Below, piece by piece: positions 59,543 through 64,000 of a DNA stretch of 64,000 nt. This DNA is from Blastocladiella emersonii ATCC 22665. Lineage: Eukaryota > Fungi > Blastocladiomycota. Made by a program: the position numbers and the translations under genes. The stretch lies in the NCBI GenBank assembly GCA_025594325.1, contig JANHCV010000003.1:868001-932000 (forward strand). The letters run 5' to 3'. The notes beneath the pieces were generated by a model. It was not told the DNA's origin. It did not search any database and saw only the letters and a list, made by a program, of their open reading frames with translations. Numbering within the stretch: position 1 is the stretch's first letter; the number at the start of each line of letters is the position of its first letter.

Positions 59543-61196
59543 ATGTCGGTCGACGCCAAGTTCCTCAACCAGTTCCGCAGCGCCGGCACCGATGCCGTGC
59601 ACGCCGGCCAGGAGCCCGACCCCGTCACGGGCGCCGTGATCCCGCCCATCTCGCTCTCGACCACGTTCAAGCAGCGCGCCGCCGGCGAGCACTCTGTACG
59701 TCTCGCCTTGCTTGCCTGCCTGTGGTGTGCGCTCCGCTCCGCCAGCATCAAGGTGTTCGCCTACTCGCTCCGTTCGCCTACTCGCTCCCACGGCGGGTCG
59801 TGGGAAGTGTGCGACGTCGCCGCAGCGGATCGGTCGGCGTCCCACGGCCGGCCGGCTCCTCCCCGCAGACGCCGACGTCCCACGGCCGGGTCGAGCAACG
59901 GCTGGCTGGGCCCATGTGGGAACTCGCCGGGTCCTCTGGCCTGTTGTTCGCTCTCGGGCCGGCTAGCAAAAGCTGCTCGGGCCGCGCGCGGGCCGGCTCC
60001 CACGAGCGGGTGATCGCGGCGGGTCTACCACCTCAGCTCTCGATGCTGGCGGCGCCACGGGGCCGCGTCCCTGCACGCGGGCGCGCGAATCACGTCGTGG
60101 CAACTAGGAGCTAACCGTTCTTTGGGGAATCCAGGGCTACGAGTACTCGCGGTCGGGCAACCCGACGCGCAACGCGTTCGAGGCGGCGGTGGCGGCGCTC
60201 GAGAAGGCCAAGCACGCGCTGGCCTTCTCGTCGGGGTCGGCGACCACGGCGACGGTCGTGGCGAGTCTGCCCAAGGGCTCGCACATTGCCTCGGTCAACG
60301 ACGTGTACGGCGGCACCTACCGCTACTTCACCAAGGTGGCGCCGACGCTCGGCTACTCTGCGTCGTTTGTCGACCTGTACAACCCCGAGAACATCAAGTC
60401 GGCGATCCAGCCCAACACGCGCATGGTGTGGATCGAGACCCCGACCAACCCGACGCTGCGCCTCGTCGACATTGCCGCGGTCGCCAAGGCGGCCAAGTCG
60501 GTCAACAAGGACATTCTCGTCGTCGTCGACAACACGTTCCTGTCGCCCTACTTCCAGCGCCCGCTGACCCTCGGCGCCGACCTCGTCGTGCACTCGGTCA
60601 CCAAGTACATCAACGGCCACTCGGACGCGGTCATGGGCGTGGCCGCGACCAACCGCGACGACGTGCACGAGAAGCTGCGGTTCCTGCAGAACGCGATCGG
60701 CGCGGTCCCCTCGGCGTTTGACTGCTTCCTCGCCAACCGCGGCCTCAAGACGCTGCACCTGCGCATGGAGCGCCACGGCCACTCGGCGCTGGCCATCGCG
60801 CGCGCCCTCGAGGCGTCGCCGTACGTCGACGAGGTGCTGTACCCGGGCCTCCCCTCGCACAAGCAGCACGAGCTCGCCAAGCGCCAGATGCGCGGGTTCG
60901 GCGGCATGATCTCGTTCCGCATCAAGGGCAACCTCGACTCGGCCAACGCGTTCCTGCGCTCGCTCAAGTACTTCACGCTCGCCGAGTCGCTCGGCGGAGT
61001 CGAGTCCCTCGCCGAGCTCCCCGCCGTTATGACCCACGGGTCCGTCAGCCCCGCCGACCGCGCCGCCCTCGGCATCACCGACACGCTCGTCCGCCTCTCG
61101 GTCGGCATCGAGGACACGGACGACCTGCTCGCTGACGTCCAGCAGGCCCTCGTCAAGGCCGCGGCGGCGACCAAGGCGACCAAGTCTAAGCTCTAA
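59543..61196 (+). CDS. CTH: Cystathionine gamma-lyase (Cys3/CTH)
   Basis: TDAVHAGQ, VIPPISLSTTFKQ|GYEYSRSGNPTR, DVYGGTYRYF, WIETPTNP, VVDNTF, PLP-lysine HSVTKYINGHSD, LAESLGGVESL, RLSVGIED. 439-nt intron 59696-60134. Confidence 0.96.
59786..60003. promoter_or_regulatory. Cluster of six YGTGGGA/TCCCAC motifs in the CTH intron
   Basis: Sites at 59786, 59799, 59840, 59878, 59915 and 59998; two are exact YGTGGGAA. Confidence 0.5.
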
Positions 61197-61473
61197 ATCA
61201 TCGTGACCCTGTTAGTAGTACCCCCTCTTGACTTTATATAAATGCCTGTCTGTGTCCATCAACTTTTTTTCTCCGTGTGTGCTCGAGCCGTGGCCATGGC
61301 CGAACCGAGTCGACTTGCCCTCGTCGCGCCGAGTGGCGACCATGTCCGAGCCGCGACCGCGGACCGCAACCGAGCCGAGTCCATGTGCGTGCGCCATCGA
61401 GACAGCCGAAAACGACGACGCGAGAGACAAAGTCTATTACGCTACAGAGTAAGATACATCCTCTCCCTCCCGC

Positions 61474-63198
61474 TCATCCCCGCTTAGCGCGCTGGTACAT
61501 CCACAGCCCGACGAACGTGAGCGTGACGCCGACGGCCTGGGTGCCCGAGACGCTGTCGCCGAACCACAGGATGGCCGCGACGATGACGACGATGCGCTTG
61601 AGCAGCGACACGATCGAGTAGGTGACGGTCGAGACGCGCGCCAGGATCGACACGGACATGAGCGCCTGCGAGAAGTGCGACAGCCCGTTGAGCAGGAACA
61701 GGAGGACCAGGCGGCGGTCCACGATGACCTCGGATGTTGGGGAGGAGGGGGTGCCGAAGAGCAGCGGGCGCATGTCCGACGACAGCCACATGGGCACCGT
61801 GCACAGGAACGCCAGCAGCGACGAGTGGTACATGATGTTCACCTTGTCGAGCTTGACGGTGCCGTTGGTGTGGGAGGTGGTGGAGGTCGGGAGCAGCGAG
61901 TCCTTGCCGCTCAGCGCCGACGAGAACGACTTGGGGAGCAGGGTATCGGCGAAGTTCGGCGACGGCGACCTCCGCGCCGCCGCGGCCGCAACAGCATCGG
62001 CGGACGCGGACAGGATGCGCTTGGACACGATGCTCTGCATGACGAAGATGACGGTCGAGAGCGCGGCGAACGTGAACCCGATCGGGTTGAATGCCATGCT
62101 CGCCTTCCCGAACGTGCAGGCGAGCACGACGCCGGCCATGAGCGGGACGAGGGCGACGTAGACGCGGGCCGGGTACTTGACGCCCCACCCGACGCGCGAC
62201 ACGACGACGGTGAAGAGCGGCGAAAGCGCCTTGACCGTGTGGACGAACGCGACGGGGACGCGCGCCATGGCCATGGACGCGCACATGTGTCCGCCGAGCT
62301 GGAACACGGCGAGCGGGGCCATCGTGCGGACGACGGCGCCGTCGAGCGGGCGCAGCGTGAACCACCCGCGCGCGTGGCCCAGCTGGCACAGCACGGCCAC
62401 CGACGCGAACTGCGCCAGCGTCAGCGTCACCGGGTACGGGAACGACAGCAGGATCTGCTTCTTGGCGTTGTTGGTCAGCGCCGACGCCGCGTACCACCCG
62501 AGACACAGCAGCGGCAGCGCCATGGACGCGAGGAAGGTGAAGATGCGCGCCCACGCCAGCGTGGCCGCGGCGGATACCGCACCGAGCAGCGAGCTCGAGG
62601 TCGCGTGCGACGTCCATGACGCGCGCAGCGGCGAGCCCGGGCGGGATGAGGAGAAGGCGGGCGGCAGCAGCGAGAAGCTCGCGGACGACGACGACGGCGA
62701 TCCATTGGCGGTAGCGCCCAGGAAGTAGTTTTGCACGTTGATCTGCACGCCGCGGCCGGCCTCGGCAAAGGCGCGCAGCGTGCGCGGCGACGGGAGGCCC
62801 GCGAACACGCCGGAACTGCTCTTTTCGGAAGACGAGGGGGAAGCGCCCGCGCTCCCCGCGGCAGCGGCAACGTGCAGCAGCGACGACGGCTTGTGCTTGG
62901 CCGAGTACTCGTAGGACGGCGGCGGGAGGAGCGACGGCGGTTGCATCGGTTGTGATGGCGATGGGTCAAAGTAGCCCGAGTCGGACGCCTCGGGCATGCC
63001 GATGGCGACGCTGCCCGAGCTGCTCCGTGACGCGGAGGCCGTGGTGGTGGTGGCGGCGAGGTAGGACGCGGCCGAGGTGCTGCGCGAGTGGTGGATCAGG
63101 CGGCGCATGGGGGTGCCGGCGAGCCCGCCGTTGGGCGCCATGGCCGAGGCCTCGTGGCTCGGCGACGATGGCCGCGGCGCTGCGTGGTGGTGCTGCAT
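61474..63198 (-). CDS. Triose-phosphate transporter family / SLC35E1-like (Sly41-like), intronless
   Basis: KKQILLSFPYPVTLTLAQF, VPVAFVHTVKALSPLFTV, LVPLMAGVVLAC, STVTYSIVSLLKRIVVI, GVTLTFVGLWMY. About 9-10 TM segments. Confidence 0.9.
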   Translation of the reverse strand: MQHHHAAPRPSSPSHEASAMAPNGGLAGTPMRRLIHHSRSTSAASYLAATTTTASASRSSSGSVAIGMPEASDSGYFDPSPSQPMQPPSLLPPPSYEYSAKHKPSSLLHVAAAAGSAGASPSSSEKSSSGVFAGLPSPRTLRAFAEAGRGVQINVQNYFLGATANGSPSSSSASFSLLPPAFSSSRPGSPLRASWTSHATSSSLLGAVSAAATLAWARIFTFLASMALPLLCLGWYAASALTNNAKKQILLSFPYPVTLTLAQFASVAVLCQLGHARGWFTLRPLDGAVVRTMAPLAVFQLGGHMCASMAMARVPVAFVHTVKALSPLFTVVVSRVGWGVKYPARVYVALVPLMAGVVLACTFGKASMAFNPIGFTFAALSTVIFVMQSIVSKRILSASADAVAAAAARRSPSPNFADTLLPKSFSSALSGKDSLLPTSTTSHTNGTVKLDKVNIMYHSSLLAFLCTVPMWLSSDMRPLLFGTPSSPTSEVIVDRRLVLLFLLNGLSHFSQALMSVSILARVSTVTYSIVSLLKRIVVIVAAILWFGDSVSGTQAVGVTLTFVGLWMYQRAKRG

Positions 63199-63627
63199 GA
63201 TACTGGGTGATGGAGGGTGCAGTCGCAGCGGTGGTGGAGAGAGATGCGAGCAAGCGGCTGCAGGCTGCCCCCCTTCTAGTGCTGCGTGGCGTGTCTATGG
63301 GAGCGCGGATGGCTCGTCTATGAAAGTGCGGGAATCGAAGCTTGGGAGCGGCAGCGGCCGCGGAAGAGAAGTCGGTGGGCGCCCACGCCAGCGGGCGGCG
63401 CCGCAAGACGGCCGGCTCGAACAAAACGCCACAAATTGCACGGCGAATCGCAAGTCGCGACGCATCACCTGATGCGCCCGCACCCGAACGACGCGTTATC
63501 GGCGCGTCGCGCAATGTCTCGCACCTCACATGATGTCTCGCGCCCTCCCTCTCTCTCCCGCCCGTATCACGCGCGCCGCCTGTCTCGCGTCGCGCCCCCC
63601 GACCACGGCCACCGTCACGAGGGCACT

Positions 63628-64000
63628 ATGAGCAGCGCACAACCGCATCCCGTGCTCGCCACCGTGGCCACGATCGCCGCGCCGGCCACGTACCGCCTCA
63701 CGACCGCGGGCGACTTTGTCGCGTGGACCGCCGCCGTACCCGACCCCGCCGTGTTCCCGATCCGCACCGTGGGCCGACTTACGGCCATCGACCTCACCGC
63801 CACCTCGGCCACGCTCACCGTCGACGACCACCAGCGGCCCGGCGTCGCTGCCGCCGTTCTCGAGCTCGATCTCGCACAAATCCTCGACTTGGCCGCCTCG
63901 CTGGCTGCGGGCACGCAGGTCGACGTGGCCGGCACGCTCGAGGTCCGCGCCGCGCCGTCCAAGTTTGCGCTCCAGGCGACGCTGCTCCGGCCCGCCGAGA
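63628..64000 (+). CDS. Small OB-fold protein, TEN1-like (CST complex), truncated by the window edge
   Basis: Not in the ORF track. ATG 63628 gives ...PIRTVGRLTAIDLTATSATLT...GTQVDVAGTLE...LQATLLRPAE, resembling TEN1 (LRTFGRL..YD...VLGEL...ARVL). RPA3-like is the alternative. Confidence 0.55.
   Translation, partial: MSSAQPHPVLATVATIAAPATYRLTTAGDFVAWTAAVPDPAVFPIRTVGRLTAIDLTATSATLTVDDHQRPGVAAAVLELDLAQILDLAASLAAGTQVDVAGTLEVRAAPSKFALQATLLRPAE

Overview
High-GC, gene-dense eukaryotic DNA with short GT-AG introns (donors GTACG/GTGCG/GTAAG, CTRAC branch points). The fungal-type genes plus a flagellar radial-spoke gene point to a zoosporic, early-diverging fungus; Blastocladiomycota-like is my inference, not proven. 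About 26 protein-coding loci are visible: SMC5 (partial), FANCI, ZZZ3-like, PIGA, imidazolonepropionase, calcineurin A, an atypical Rab-like GTPase, CreC/WDR20, a PUFA elongase, PRM10/ThrE, a Cys-rich single-pass protein, DPH3, a GPI-type tyrosinase, an IMD/BAR-like protein, CAMSAP/Patronin, RSPH4/6, VPS41, an orphan, cyclophilin E, an HRI-type eIF2-alpha kinase, an H1-like-tail peroxiredoxin Q, RIF1, cystathionine gamma-lyase, a TPT-family transporter and a TEN1-like OB fold (partial). The only accessory-looking segment is a lower-GC island at about 48.1-51.3 kb. It carries a diverged ~1-kb tandem duplicate of an orphan gene (both copies with lesions) and a micro-ORF built from a 13-aa repeat. 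Other notable signals are six YGTGGGA motifs in the long CTH intron and inverted repeats that close off the long introns. I recognised no rRNA, tRNA, CRISPR array or transposase. All family assignments come from motif recognition by eye; no database searches were run, and exon boundaries are manual.
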